From: Cycas panzhihuaensis
Lineage: Eukaryota > Plantae > Cycadophyta
Reading direction: 5' to 3'
NCBI GenBank assembly: GCA_023213395.1
Contig: CM041465.1
Coordinates: 222,649,741 to 222,713,740, forward strand
Length of the DNA: 64,000 nt
The position numbers and the translations under genes are program-made. The notes below the pieces were generated by a model. It had not been told where the DNA came from. It saw only the letters and a list, made by a program, of their open reading frames with translations, and searched no databases. Every line of letters starts with the position of its first letter. Position 1 is the first letter of the stretch. Below, piece by piece: positions 1 to 13,900 of the stretch.

Positions 1-331
1 GTAGATAACATTGCTGGGAGGCTACCCAAGTAGTTAGGTAAAGACCCTATGCTGGGGGTCTTTAAATATCATAGGGATCTGTCATTCTGGCTAAGTATAT
101 TGTGGCTTTTTTGCCCCTTGCGTGAAGGACTGGAGATAACACTCTTGAACTAAGCCCTAGACAGAACCTGGCTATGGAAGTGTGCCTCCACATACCTTTG
201 GGTATATAGGAGGACCCATTTAGGATCCTAAAACCCTCCCTAGTATAGGTAAACTATCGGCCATTGAAGTCTTATAGTGTAGTGGTTAGCGGTTAGTGCC
301 ACGAAGTTACCTGCCCCAAACTTTTGCATCA
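1..331 (+). repeat. 3' part of the 5' LTR of chromovirus A1 (truncated by window start)
   Basis: 1-330 aligns by eye with ~6330-6630 (e.g. gtagttaggtaaagaccctatgctgggggtctttaaatatcat vs gtggttaggtagagatattgtgctaggggtctttaaacatcac); ends ...GCATCA. No clear PBS. Confidence 0.65.
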
Positions 332-496
332 AAAATTTATTGGCAGGCCTATAAGACCAAGCACACCTCAACTTTTAGTGGGTAGGACACACCTGATCAT
401 TTCCACCCTTCTTCACCTGCCCTGGTCTTAATTAAGATCACAAACCACTTACTGCTTGAATTTAAAACTTGTTACAATAGTTAAGCTTCCAAGACT

Positions 497-580
497 AAAA
501 AAATAAAAAAAAGAAAAAAAGAAAAAAGAAAAAAAAAGAAAAAGAAAAAAAGAAAAAAGAAAAGAAAAGAAAAAAAAAAA
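497..580 (+). repeat. A-rich simple repeat (AAAAAAG)n in the A1 5' UTR
   Basis: Seen directly in the sequence. Confidence 0.9.
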
Positions 581-991
581 TCCACCTAGCTATTACTCAT
601 GGTGTAAAAAGGAAAAATTGTACTTATAACTCATATACCTCAATTTGATCAGCATATCATAAGGGTCATTTTGTACTAGGTTAGATTGTGCCCCTAATTT
701 TCACTCTTTTTTGTACCTAGGCCACTGGTAGGCCCCACCACTTCAAATTCATCTTAAAACTCATACGCCCCATTTTGATGCATTTTTTGTGCTCTTTCTA
801 GTAGGCCAAATATCTTGCTTATGTAATTTGGGATCAACAGATTATAGACATCCCACATCCCCTTATTTGCCCCTTCTTTCCCTATAACAACTCCCTATTC
901 TTATATCATATTCTTTCTTACTCTATCCCACTTCGTTTATTTCCATTCTCTCTACTTGTTCCCACTTCTTAAATCCCTTTCTTTAGCTCCA

Positions 992-3900
992 ATGGCAAAA
1001 ACTCAAATAGAGAAAATTTTTGAGTTGATCAATGACTTGTTTAACTTCAAAACAGAGGTCAACAATAGACTCAATGGTATGCCTACCAAATCTGACCTGG
1101 ATGACACTAGGCAAGAGATTCTTAGTCATCTTTAGTAGTTGTTGCCAACTCAACTCCAAAGCACGGGAACTTCTAACTCAATAGGCAACCAACCTCCCCC
1201 TTTCAAGGAAGCAATATAGGAGGTTCTCCACCAAAACAGCCCTTTTTCCACTATAAAATCAAAATTCCTACCTTTGATCTAGATGTGAATAGAGAGTGCA
1301 CTCGAAGCTGGATTAATAAGTTAGAATCCTACTTCACTCTTCACCCAATGTTAGAAGATGACCAACTCTTATACACTTCCATTCACTTAGATGGTCGAGC
1401 TCACCATTGGTTTAACTAGTAGAAGTAAGAATATCCCTCTCACCAAATATGGTCCCACTTCACTAGTTATTTCTTTGAATAATATGAAGATACATGGAAT
1501 TAATCTTTCTTCACACAACTCACTCAGCTTAAGCAGACCTCAATTATAGAGGCTTACATGGATGAATTGCAAGCCTTATATAATCGCGCGCCACAAAGCC
1601 AAAACTTAGACAAACAAAACGTGATTGATATTTATGTGGTGGGACTCCAAGACCGTATTCAAATGAGATTAAAGAGAATGGTAATCTACTCCCTTAAGGA
1701 AGCTTTCAAGTGGGCCTATGCAGTAGAAGCTGAGTTTGTAACAGACAGACCCTCAACTATTTGTTAGGATAACTGTTGGTCCTCATGCACTCAACAATCA
1801 GACTTCTAGTGACCTTGACCTTGATTTGATGATGCCTCTCATCCTCAAGTTGACTTCACACGTCCTTGACCATGACAGGATGATTTCACCTACCCATCTA
1901 CTGATCGCCAGAATGATGACATATCCATTAAAGAGTCCAAATTTCTCAAGCTAAAGCACAACACTAACTAGAGGATGGCCTTTGTATGTAGTGTGCATAA
2001 AAGTGGACTTCTGGACATGGTCACTTTTGCAAAGTGCAATGTATGGTTTTCTCCATCGACCCATCCCTCTCCCCTAATGATCCCTCTGACTCTGACTCTG
2101 ACCATAAGGCTGATGATGAAACCCATGATGAACCTACACCAGACCCCCACCCCAAAGTATCTATATCTGTCGTCACCACCTCCTCCTACCCTAAACCCCT
2201 AAGAGTTAGAGGCATCCTCCGTAAGACTCCAATATCTATCTTGATCGACGATGGCGTGTTACTTAACTTCATTGATATTTCGATAGCCAAACAACTCAAC
2301 CTATATATTGTCCTAAAAATTGGCTTCGCATGTTCTCTACTAGGGTACTAAAAACTCCATTGTGCAGATGTTATTAAAAACCTCCAAGTCCAAATTAGCT
2401 CATACCTTTTGGTGTTAGATTTATATGCCTTATCAATAGGAGGATCTGATGCTATCTTGGGGATTCAATGGTTGTAGACACTAGGGACCTATAGCATGAA
2501 CAACTTGCCTATAAATCCATTCATTGCCTTCAAAGACCACATGGGTCGAAATCATAAAATTTACGGAATGCAATCCCCCCTAACCAAGCGGTCTCTCCTG
2601 GACGTATGAAATGCCATATTCAATCTTACCTAGGTTATATAGTCTGTCTCAATAATATTCAAATCGCACCACAAATTCATCCACACATCTAGGATGTCAT
2701 TACCCAATATGAATAAGTATTTGCCCCTCTGCCTACCACTACCCCTCCTCACTATGGTTTCTATCATACAATTGACCTCCAATCTAACCATGACCCTATC
2801 AGCCTTCAACCTTACCATAACTCATACTTCCAAAGAATGAAATTGAGAAACCCACAAACAAGCTCCTCGACATTGGCATAATCTAACTAAGTAAAAGCCC
2901 TTATGCAGCCCCAATTATCTTAGTTAGGAAGAAGGATGGCTCCTTTCGCCTTTGTGTTAACTATAAGGAATTAAATAAGATTACCATTAAAAATAAGTTT
3001 CCCACCCCTCGCATAGATGACATGCTAGATGAAATCCAGGGTGCAACCATTTTTTCTAAGTTAGACCTCCAATTTGGGTACTACCAAATCCCAATTGCCC
3101 CACAAGATTGTCATAAGATAATATTGCACACATATTATGGCTATTTTGAGTTTCGTGCAATGCCCTTTGGCCTTTATAATGCCCTAGCAACCTTCCAAGC
3201 TCTCATGAATAAAATCTTTGGTCCCTACCTTCAAAAATTTATCATAGTTTTCTTCGATGATATTCTTATTTATAGTGCCTGCTTGGACCACCATATCCAA
3301 CACCTATAAATTATTCTCCAAATATTACAAAACCACCAACTCTATGCAAAACTATCTAAGTGTGAGTTTGTACAATCAGAACTCAATTATTTAGGTCACA
3401 TCATATCATTAGAAGGGGTATGCGTAGATCTTGATAAAATATCGATCATTGCAACGTGGCCAACACCTACCACTCTTACCCAACTATGAGCATTCCTTGG
3501 GCTCACTAGTTTTTATCGATGATGCTTCATGCATAATTATGCTACTCTTGCTGCCCCATTAACCAACCTCCTTTGCAAAGAGGCTTTCCAATGGTCTCCA
3601 GAAGCGGATGCTACCTTTTCTTACCTCAAGGTCATAATGACCTCCACTCTAGTCCTCATCACTCCTGATTTCAACCAACCCTTCCAACTTGAATGCAATG
3701 CTTCAGGGTTTGGTTTAGGCATAATCCTAATGTAAGACTCTCATCCCATTGCATTCGAAAACCAAAAATTAAAAGATCACAAGCTTCATCTCTCTACATA
3801 TCAGAAAGAGATGAAGGTTATTCTTCACGCTATTGATAAATGGCGGTAATATCTCTTAGGCTCTAAGTTCACTATTCTTACAGATCATTGTAGCCTCCAT

Positions 3901-5510
3901 AATTTATTGACTCAGCCAGTCTTATCTGAAGAACAAGCTAAGTAGGTTCACTGATTACAAGTCTTTGACTTCTCAATAGCATATAAAAAATGCAAAGACA
4001 ATACAATGCCAAATGCCCTTTCACATCTTCAACCTGATGATAATGTTCCTAACCCAAGCCTCCATGCCATCAGCAATCCCCAAACACTTTGGCTTGATGA
4101 ACTATGCATTGAAAACTAAACCCAGCCAGACTATCCTAATTGGAGAGAAAAAATTCTTACCCATAAAGGTTGGCCAACCTTTAACAATCACCTTCTCCAC
4201 CACAATTGTATCTTTGTCCATCCCACCTCCTCATTCATCCCTAAAATCCTAATAGAATACCACTTGTCCTCCCTCAATGACCACTCTAGCTTTGATAAGA
4301 CTTATCATCGTATTCACGTAGATTTCTTTTGGCCCCATATGAAGACCACCATATATGCCTTTATATTAGAATGCGACACCTGTTAGCGAAATAAGGTAGA
4401 GACCAAACCACTCCTTGGCCTTCTCCAACCATTAAATATTCCTCAAGGAAAGTGGCAAGATATTGCCATGCACTTCATCACGAACCTACCTCCATCCATC
4501 GGGTTTGAATCCATTTGGGTAGTCATTGATCGATTAACTAAGTATTAACACTTTATCCTAGTGCACACCTCATATTCATCCTCCTGTCTCACTGACTTGT
4601 GTGTCCAATTCATATTTTACCTCTATGGATTCCCATCATCTATCGTTTACGACCAAGACCCTAAGTTTACTAGCTCCTTTTAGCAAGAACTCTTTAAAGT
4701 TGTTGGAACCTCATTTAACATGAGTTCTACCTACCACCCACAAATAGATGGCTAATCTGAGGTTCTAAATAAAACTTTAGAAACTTATCTGTGTTGCTTT
4801 ACCTCAGAACACCAAGCTAAGTGGACCTCATGGCTTGCCTTGGCCAAGTATTGGTATAACTCTTCCCATGATTATGTCATTGGTATGTCCCTCTTTTTGT
4901 CTCTTTATGGCTACCACCCATCTTCCCACCATACCTTAGCCACAAACTTTTGAATAACTTCTGTGCAACAAAAGCTTCAAGAAATGGATCAAATCTTACA
5001 TGCCCTTCGACAGAATTTAGCCACTGCCCAAAATTGAATAAAGCAACTCACATACTGCCACCGATCTGATCGATCCTTTGATATTAGAGATCTAGTATAC
5101 CTTTGCCTCCAATATTATAAGCAATAATCCCTTAAGTCACATCAAGGGCATAAACTAAGCCCCCGCTACTATGGCCCTTATAAGATCCTACACAAAATCA
5201 GTGAAGTTGCTTATGCCCTTGAACTCCTCCCAAATACTAATATCCATAATGTTTTCCATGTGTCCTGCCTAAAAAAATACATTGGCCCTACATTACACCC
5301 CATACAATTTTAACCATTCTCTTTGAAAAGAAAACTCTTACAATTCCTCTTGATAAAATCCTTGCCAGTCGCCAGTGCCATCTCTGGAATCACACTATTT
5401 CTAAACACTTGGTATAGTATGTCGGTTGTGATGTAGATGAAGCTACTTGGGAATCTGATGAGTTCATCCAGTAACATCCTCATCTCCAACGCTGCGAGGA
5501 CTCAATGTCT
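992..5510 (+). pseudogene. gag-pol pseudogene of chromovirus A1
   Basis: Protease-like ILIDDG (2034-2351 ORF); RT FSKLDL..GYYQI, MPFGL, FFDDILIYS (3022-3309); RH FQLECNASGFGLG (3529-3735); integrase [20 protein letters not shown] (~4450-4560) and YYGPY; chromodomain KIL..R...LV*Y.G...EATWE (~5340-5480). Many stops and frameshifts. Confidence 0.92.
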
Positions 5511-5523
5511 TAGGGGGGGGACC

Positions 5524-6630
5524 TATAACATAACCCCACATTTCCTTAGCATTAGCAAGTGGAAGCCACCAGCAAGTAAGGATTAAGGTGTTCATTAAGA
5601 TGTGTGTATAGATGGCTAAGCCGTCCAATAAGATGTAAGGCTACTAGGTCCACCAATAGAATTATAAGGATGAAGACCCTTACTTGTGTATTTTAAGGGT
5701 TAAATCACTTGTAATGTTGTCGAGTATAGTATCTTGAAAGAGAAAGTACTTCGATACTCATTTTGGTGATTCACTATTTGTGATATGCTTGCACATTTAT
5801 ATTATTTTAGCTTCATTTTCTGCTAATTTTCATACCTATAAGTCTAGACTTCTGAGAAGGAACAATCTAGTCGTTCATAAAAAATACCCTAGATTTAATG
5901 GTTGAGATTTGTGCCTTGTATAACTGTCTCATATAACTTGATTTAGGGGTTTTTTTTAATTATGTTAATGGTATTCAATGTATTAGATATATTATATTAA
6001 GTAGAAATGGCTAGTTGTTGTTGTTATGAGCATTTTGCTACAGATTATATATATTTCTCTATTCTTGGATAATAAAGATCGATATATTTCCTGTATAGAT
6101 ATTCCCTTAGTGTACTACTAGGGTTTTACCACATTATATCTAGTGTATATGTGATGCTTTGGCTTTTTTATTTATTTATTGTATTATCTCTAATTTAAGA
6201 ACTTGCATATTAAATTTCATTTTCAATTCTTGTAACTAATTACAAAATAGTTTAGATCTTGGTGGCAATTTCTAGTTATTATGACCTAGTTTTCTTAATA
6301 ATCCCCATCCAGTCCCTCCCTTTTCCCCTAGTGGTTAGGTAGAGATATTGTGCTAGGGGTCTTTAAACATCACAGGAGCCTATCGTTCTAAGCTAAGTAT
6401 GTGTTTCCATAAACTTGTACATAAAGTGAAGTGATATAATAGGGCTTACATAATCTTTAGATATGACCTGACCATGGAAATGAGCCTCCATGTATCCTCC
6501 ACTATATTTGAGAACCCCTTTAAGTTCTCCCTTCCAACCTAGAGTAAGAAACCTATCAGTCATTTATCCCTCTATGGTACACGAGTTAGTAATTAGCACT
6601 CAAAATCTACCCTTTATGAACACCCTTACA
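5524..6630 (+). repeat. LTR shared as 3' LTR of A1 and 5' LTR of A2
   Basis: Follows PPT tagggggggga. Its 5' part matches 32832-33190 and its 3' part matches 1-330; ends ...TTACA. Followed by a second UTR and gag. Confidence 0.7.
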
Positions 6631-7330
6631 TAGTTGTTGACCTTATGAAGATATATATTCTTTTGTAAGTAGTGCCCTAAGATATTAGGTTAAGCAAAAG
6701 TATAGATAAGAAAGTTTATTAAAGGGCCTATAAATCCAAATAATCCTTTGTTAGTGTCTGGTAGTCTCCCTTTATTCATCTTTATAGCTTCCTTAATAAA
6801 GGTATTCATTACAAAATCACTCACATTGCTTCATTTTTTTTTTAGGGGGGGGGGGGGTGGGGATCAATAGTCATTGAGATTATTGTACTTCCTAACATAA
6901 ACCCTAAACCTTCTTGACATCTAAAGATACAGGGTGAACCTATAACAATAGTACCACCTAAAGTTAATAACATGTAAGTATTTGGTAAAAATTGCTTATA
7001 TTTTAACTGCCATTCTTGGTGAAAATCACCTATATAGTCTTGTGGACCCCACAATCAAAAATTTTTACTTAAATCTCACTTATACTATTTAAATAAGCTT
7101 TTTATGCTCATTCAAATTCAATATGTGATTTTTTTACCTATTTTCGAGATTAGCAAGCTACAAACACCTTGACCCCCCTCTCTTCCTTTAAGTACAAATC
7201 CTCACTTCTATAAATTATTCTATCTATCTAGCCTCAATTGGATAAATCCCCTTCTGTTTTACTTATCTCATTTTCTTATATACCTATCTTCATACTCATT
7301 CCCTACTTCCTATAGCTCATTTCTTTCTAT

Positions 7331-7939
7331 ATGATGGCTCTTACATCTTAAGTAGAACATATTTTTACATTGGAAACTTAATTCTTGGATTTTTAGAAAG
7401 AAGTAAAAGTTGATATATCTTCTCTTACATCTAAGTCAGATATTAATGTAATATTAAACTAAATGGCTCAAATGTTAGTATAATCATCATAGTCAAACTC
7501 TTGGTCTTCAAGCAATGCACCTCTAGTATAGTAGTCAAGCAACCCTCCCCCATATAACCTATAACTTCACTAGAAGATCAACATTCCTACCTTCAATCAG
7601 AATCTGAATAAAGATAATGCTCACACTTAGATAAGTAAATTTAAATCCTACTTCGCTATTAACCCAATGACTAAAAAGGAGTAACTAATATTTACATCTA
7701 TTGAAATAGAAGGTCAAGTATGTCATTAGTTACGTTGGTGGCAAAGGGAATACTCATTAAATAGAACATAAACAAACTTCTTTATATGTTCTTTTATTAA
7801 TATGAAAAAACTTGAAACCAAAGTTTCTTTAATTAGCTTATAAGACTAAAACAAGTGTTCTTAGTTGAAGCTTATATAAATAAATTCTATATCATATAGA
7901 ATTGCATCTTCTAAATATTAAATAACCTAATTTTAGTAG
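7331..7939 (+). pseudogene. N-terminal gag fragment of A2
   Basis: Colinear with A1 gag 992-1625 (e.g. aacattcctaccttcaatc vs aaaattcctacctttgatc). Confidence 0.8.
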
Positions 7940-8010
7940 TGGAATTGTACCTTTGGGGGGGTTACTAAACTCAAACAGGATCAAGCTAAATAACTAATGG
8001 TTTTAGGTGG

Positions 8011-10726
8011 TGTTTCCTGGCTTCCGGGAATGGATATGAAATTACCGACTCAGGTAAGTGCAGGTATGCTTCTCACCCTATCATCACTTTCTTTTGGTGA
8101 GTGTTTACTTGCATGTTTACATGTTGTGACCTTGTAGATGATTTTGTTTTTATCTACCCTTACTTAGCTTATGATGACTATAGTAGGGGCATACTCCCAG
8201 CGAGTGTGGCACCCCAGTGGCCATTCCACTTCCCGCATTCTGCCCTACTCGCTCCAGGATCCACTTGGCTTGTGCCACCTCTGCCCATATAATGACCTGT
8301 CATTGTTGGTTGAATTGCCACATCGTTTGAATCCTATTTTTACTCTTCTGGACTCATTTGTTGGCTTGTTTGCCCTTGAGTAGATGTCTTGGCCCCTCAT
8401 TTACCTATTTTTTGTTATTAGCCCATAGCCCATGATGGCTATCCGAGCCAGATTTTGCCTCCAGGTGAATACCACCACGAATTTCGTGGTATCGCCACAA
8501 ATTCCACGGTACCACGGATTTTGCGGTGGGATAAATATCCATACTTATTTTTAAAAAAACTACCGTGGAAATTTTGCATTTATTACGAAACTGCCACATG
8601 TCTCGCGACTTGACTCACCTCCAGCTGTGCCCTAATCACTCACTTTAGGGTTTGGTATGGGTATTTAAGTCATCATTAACTCATTTTTAGGATCTTTTGT
8701 TCATTTTTTGGATTACTCCTCAAGGAAACCACCCTATGCTCTGTTGTTCTCTACTGCTGCTATAGGACTTGCACCTCTCCTCCAGTGCCTAGCTCTCCTT
8801 TGGTATGGCTAGGACATCTTCCCAGCCCTTCACACGCCTTGGAGAGGGCCCCTCTAGAGATATCTCAGCAGATTCTTGCTCAGGTAGCCATCAAGCATTC
8901 TAAGTGTAGGTGTTCTTCCTCTAACTCCATTAGTAAGGTTCCAAGCCTGTCATTCCACAGTTTAAGGTGATTTCTCGACCTCTCTTGACGACCCTTGACT
9001 GAGGCAAGAGCCTCCCCTTCCCTTCTCAGGTATTCATTGATTTGAGCTACTTTCTTATTCAATTGATGCCCTATTTTGCTTGTCCTTTTGCTTGGGTTTT
9101 TGGAGGTTGGTCTTTCCTTTATATTGGATTGTTTTACTCATGTCATTAGTGCCTTCCTGCCTATGTTTATTACTCAAGGCAGCAGGAAAGAGGGGTTGCA
9201 TAGGGTTTGGGAGAGAGCTGGGTGGATTCTGTACCACCTTCCACGCTCCTCAAGTGGCTCTTAGCCCCCCAAACCTTCCCTCTTACCCCATACTGTCCTT
9301 GGCACTCAAACAAAGGTTTGTTAGGCCTTCCTTAGCTGCTAAAATCAGCGTTATCACACGTTGCAGCACTGGTTTGAGGGCTTGTGCTTCGATCCGGGCA
9401 ACTCATGTAAGTCCCGAATACTTGCCCTTTGCCCAACTCCTTTCCCAGTAACCTGGTTTGCTCTTCATAGCACCCCGGCTTGCTGTAGGTCCTCTTTGGC
9501 TCTTTTCAACCCTCTTTGCCACTGTTTCCAGCCATCTTTCTCAGCCTTACCCTCGTTGCCTCGTGGCTTTTGGGGGAGATTGGGGTTGTTCTTTGTAGGA
9601 GGTGGGCCACTCTGAGGCTTACCGGTTACTTTCCATTTACTTTGGTTGTCCTCCTTTACATATTACCATCATTGTATTGATACTAACATACATGTAGTTA
9701 AGTTTATATTTGCTTTGCATATACATGTATTGTTAGGATCTTTCCATTGTATGCTAGCACCCTTTCTCCGAAAAAATGGGGGAGATTGTCATTCACTTGC
9801 AGGTATTTGGGAAGCGTAATGGATCCGTCCCTCTTTCTTCCTTGGCAGGTGAGTGCTCATGTCTATGCTTTACTTTTGCACTTCATTTATTGTTAGCATT
9901 TTGTTCTTTTCCTTCCTTTGTTTGGTACTTTAGTACTTTTTCCGGGGAAGGTAAGGGAGCCCCTCATTCTGATCTGTTGCGACTCTTCATGACCGTCGTG
10001 CCTTGTGGAGTGGCTTTAAGTGCCTCTTAGGAGCATCACCATTACAACACGCTTCATTCCCTGGTACATGCTCTTGCTCCACTTCGTCACCTTTTCCTTA
10101 TGAGTTCTTTACATAGTAGAAATTAGCTCATTGGAAATAGAAAGGAAATCAACTTTGCTTTGGTTCATACTTTATTTACTTTTATCACTTGCATCTTCTT
10201 TTGCCATAGGAAAAGGTTTTAGGAAACCTTCCTTCTCACCTTTTCCCTTCTTTTGCCGTGCAAACTTTCCTCTCTCCTTATTTTTTGTTTATTCGGTCAG
10301 TTTGCTTATGCATACCTTAACCCATTTTCTTGGGTTATCCCTCTTATGTCCTCTCAGTTCCCCGCTTAGCCAGATAACTGAGGTGACCTTGTCTGTAGGC
10401 CACTTACTTGCCTACCCTTCCTCGTCTCCCATTGCTCTAGGGAAACCCTCGAAGGGTTCTCTCCTTCCCCTTCTGGCCATCTAAGGGTGGGAGGATCCTT
10501 CCCTTAGGTCAACCCAGGCTAACCCTACACCTCCTCACCTCTTGTTCGAAGTGAGGGGATCACTCTTTAGTAGCTATATTCTATTTGCAGGTCCCGAACT
10601 TGCGCTCTGGTGTACGGGGCACCCTGCGTGGTACTTGCCCTACTTGTAGGTCTTTTCCCCATCATATTATCGACCGCTCTTACCATTCTCACTTAGTTAG
10701 GTGGCTATCCCGTAGACGCACGTCCA
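8011..10726 (+). repeat. 5' LTR of element B
   Basis: TGTTTCCTGGCTTCC...CGTCCA; direct repeat of 23295-25993 (about 12 differences in the first ~120 bp, all transitions). Confidence 0.97.
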
Positions 10727-10727
10727 C

Positions 10728-10746
10728 TGGTGACCATACTAGGGAC
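10728..10746 (+). promoter_or_regulatory. Primer binding site of B, probably tRNA-Arg
   Basis: TGGTGACCATACTAGGGA 1 nt after the LTR. It resembles the TGGCGAC(T/C)...GGGA Arg-type PBS of Tat/Ogre elements after deamination. Confidence 0.75.
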
Positions 10747-10916
10747 TACCAGTAAGGGAGCTAGTTTCCGCTCTCTTCTGTTAGTTTTGCTGCCTTTTGT
10801 GGTCCTTTTCCTACTTCGATCTCTTCGTTGGGCAGCCCCCAACGTGTGTACCTTTACCACCCTTTCCTTTTCCTAACATTGTTGGCTGACCTTGCATGCG
10901 ACGCTTTTCTTGTTGC

Positions 10917-13900
10917 TTGCGCGGTCTACCTCCATTGTTAGAAGACCCTGAGTATCGCCCTCTTCCCTTGTCAGATACTGATTTGACTATGGAGGGATAC
11001 TCTTCTGATTAGGCCTACCACACCTCAACTTTGGAAACCCATGATTTCCCTTCCTCTATTTTGGGGTCCACCCAAGAGGGTGATGACCCCCTTTACTACC
11101 CGAGTGACCAACATCACTTGCTCAACATCCATCCCTCTACTCATGCGGTAGAAGGATTTGTTCCTCTTGAGACTTACCACTCAATCAGTGACTCTTATGA
11201 GGAGCATCCCAAGGGATCTACTTCGTTTGAGGTCCCAACTACCTCTTACGAGTATGTAGGAACCCCTCCTATCGATGTAGTTGAAGCTCTCAATGAGTGT
11301 CGCCACACGGCACGCTTCCAACCGCATCCTGGATGGTTTGAGGATGCTCTCCATATAGGAGCCTCTTCTTCTTCCGCTCCTCCCTCGTGTGCTTCATCCT
11401 CATCTACTCTTCCGGTGACGACCAATCCCTTTATGCCTATGCATGTGTCCTACTCCTTTCCTATTCCTGTAGTGGGGGCACATATTGCACCTTCTGTTTC
11501 TCACCAAGGTCCTAGTGTTTCGGGATCTTCCCGCGATATGTCTTTCCCCAAGTTGAAGGTTAGTATACCCATCCCTAGACAAACTAATGTGCCATCCCCT
11601 AATATGGCACATACCTTTCCTAGTAGGCATGTCGGTCCTACTAACCTTTCGGCTATCAGTCATGTGGGACCTGCTCCCATACACCCTCAAAACCAACACC
11701 TTGGTGCTTCCTTCTACGTTTCCCCAGGGTATACTTCTCAACCTTGGGGGCAGGGTAGAGGAAGCCATCTCCTAGCTTATGGAGTGGATCCGTTACACCC
11801 ATATGGGGTCGCCTGTTTCCCAGCTAGTGGGAATGGACTCGGGACGCATCGACACAGGTTTGTGCAGGTATATGTTCTTACTTTTCTTACTTATGGTTGC
11901 TAAGGGAATTCAGAATAGTTTGATTGACATGTGCCTGCCTACATGCATTTGTTTGATTGCCTGTTCATAATGCATGTGCCTAACGGCACCTCTTAGCCTA
12001 TGACGACTCACAGCGGGGGCATCCATAAGCGGATCCGACACCGTATGGCGTCTGACCACTCACGATGTCTCCATGGTCTTTCGGGATGCTTTTGCCAGCT
12101 TGTTTATTCGTGTTACCACGTGCCACTTATGTTGCAAACCCTTCCTAAGCCTGGTTTAACCCTTAGTTAGGGCTCTTTGCACCATTTTGAGTACTTGCCC
12201 ACTGCCTGAGCCTTCCCCCAGTTGATGTATTTCAGGCTTAGCCCCTGTTCTTACCCTAAAAACTGATTTTTTATGACTTTCATGTTGCATTTTCTTCTTT
12301 TTTGAGTTTGGTGATGCGGTAAACTAAGCGATCATGATTTTCTGTGATCTGCCAAGTTTCATGCAGACGACTGTTCAAAATTTGAAAAAAGAAACCACTG
12401 ACGATGGCGCGTTTTCGGGCTATGCGTGGCTCACGAGCAGTTGGGCGCGAGGCCCCAACGTTCACTTGCTATGCCCAAGGCATAAAAGCCTTTTTTTCAC
12501 TCATTTTGATGAATTCTTCAACTCACTTTTCAAGACTCCCAAGAAAAAACTCTCTATTAGAAACCAAAAGAAAGAGTGACAAGAAAGCTTCTCCTCATGA
12601 GCTTGGACAGAGATACAGAGGCTGCTATTAGGCTGGAGTTGCGGGGCCATTCTTTGCCCCTCGGAGACTCCATTACAAGCACCATCTCTCCTCACAAAGA
12701 TCCAAGGCTTCAAGAGGTTTTCTTCATCAAAATCCATTCCAAAGACACATTCTCAAGCTCCCAACTTGCATAAGGCTCTACTCTTCCACTCTCATGCAAA
12801 GGACATTCAACTCCACTTCTTGGACACCGCTTGATGCCCCCCTAAGTTGCTAAGTGCCTACATGCACTCATTCTTCTCCATTCAAGGTATTTATTGGCTC
12901 TATTAGTGCTTTTTTTGCTTGTTTTTTCCATTGAGTTGCTTGCAAATTCTTTCCTCTTGTTTGCATGCACTTCCTTTGAGTTTCTTTTGGCCGTTTGATA
13001 TATATAACCTTAGTAGTTGTGGCTTACTAAATGACGCCTTAGGTTAGGCGCATTTTTCTTGTGATTTCCTAAAACTCATCCTCTCCCACCGAGTTCCCTC
13101 TTTTGCCATTTTCTAAGCTAGCCGGCATAAAGGGATTTTACGAGGATTTGAGGGAGATAGGCGGGGTTCCGTCCCCCATTGCCGTCCTTCTCCCCAAGGG
13201 TTCCGTCCCTTATCCTCTCTCCCTTTATCACCCGCGCTTTCTTAGGAGACGGGGCTAGAGAAACCTTGGAGGGTTGGCTTGAGTTTCCTCATTGGCGTAG
13301 GCCATTTGTTATCACACGACCCATCTTGTTGCATGCTAGCATTGTTTCCCTATACCCTGTGGAGACCTCTCGTGGGTGAGTTAGCCATCCCGAGGCTACA
13401 CTCAATCCTATTCAGTGCATTTTATGGTGTATGACTAGCATATGTGTCGCGGCTTCGTTTCCTTTCCATTATATGTGGGTGCTTAACTACGTCTGGCTAG
13501 CCTAGTTGATTTCATTTTCAGCATATACATATACATATATCTCGTCGGTTTTGGTAGCCTCTCTCCAGGAGGAGGTGTTCTCCTGGTTGTGTGCGGGATC
13601 GCTTGAGAGGGAGGGGTGTGCGAGGTCAACCCGTTCTTGGGTCCGACCGTCACGAGTCGCCTTTCCCTTTTTTTTGGTTGTTTTGAGCTTTACTTTCCGT
13701 TCTTTCAGTTTGTTAGTTCTTGCATGCTCTCGGGGAGGTAAGTGAACCCCCCTTCGACGCCTTTGATCGACGTTGCATGCGCGGAAGACGGAGGGAAGGA
13801 GCGCGACCGAGGCTCGGACTCCGTGTCCAGGTATTTCCCGCGTGTCTTTCGTGTTTACTTTGTGTTTTTACGCTTCGTTGCATTTACTTTGATCTGTAAA

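Larger units (their letters stand above)
1..6630 (+). mobile_element. Decayed Ty3/gypsy chromovirus A1 (Reina-like)
   Basis: Order gag-PR-RT-RH-INT-chromodomain, PPT at 5512-5521, then LTR starting TATAACA (decayed TGTAACA) at 5524. Confidence 0.9.

Noticed and set aside
5895-6225. Possible small solo LTR inserted in the A LTR (gggttttaccacattatatctagtgt motif, ends AAATTTCA)
   Set aside because: No TG start or TSD found, and no partner LTR segment in the window to compare.
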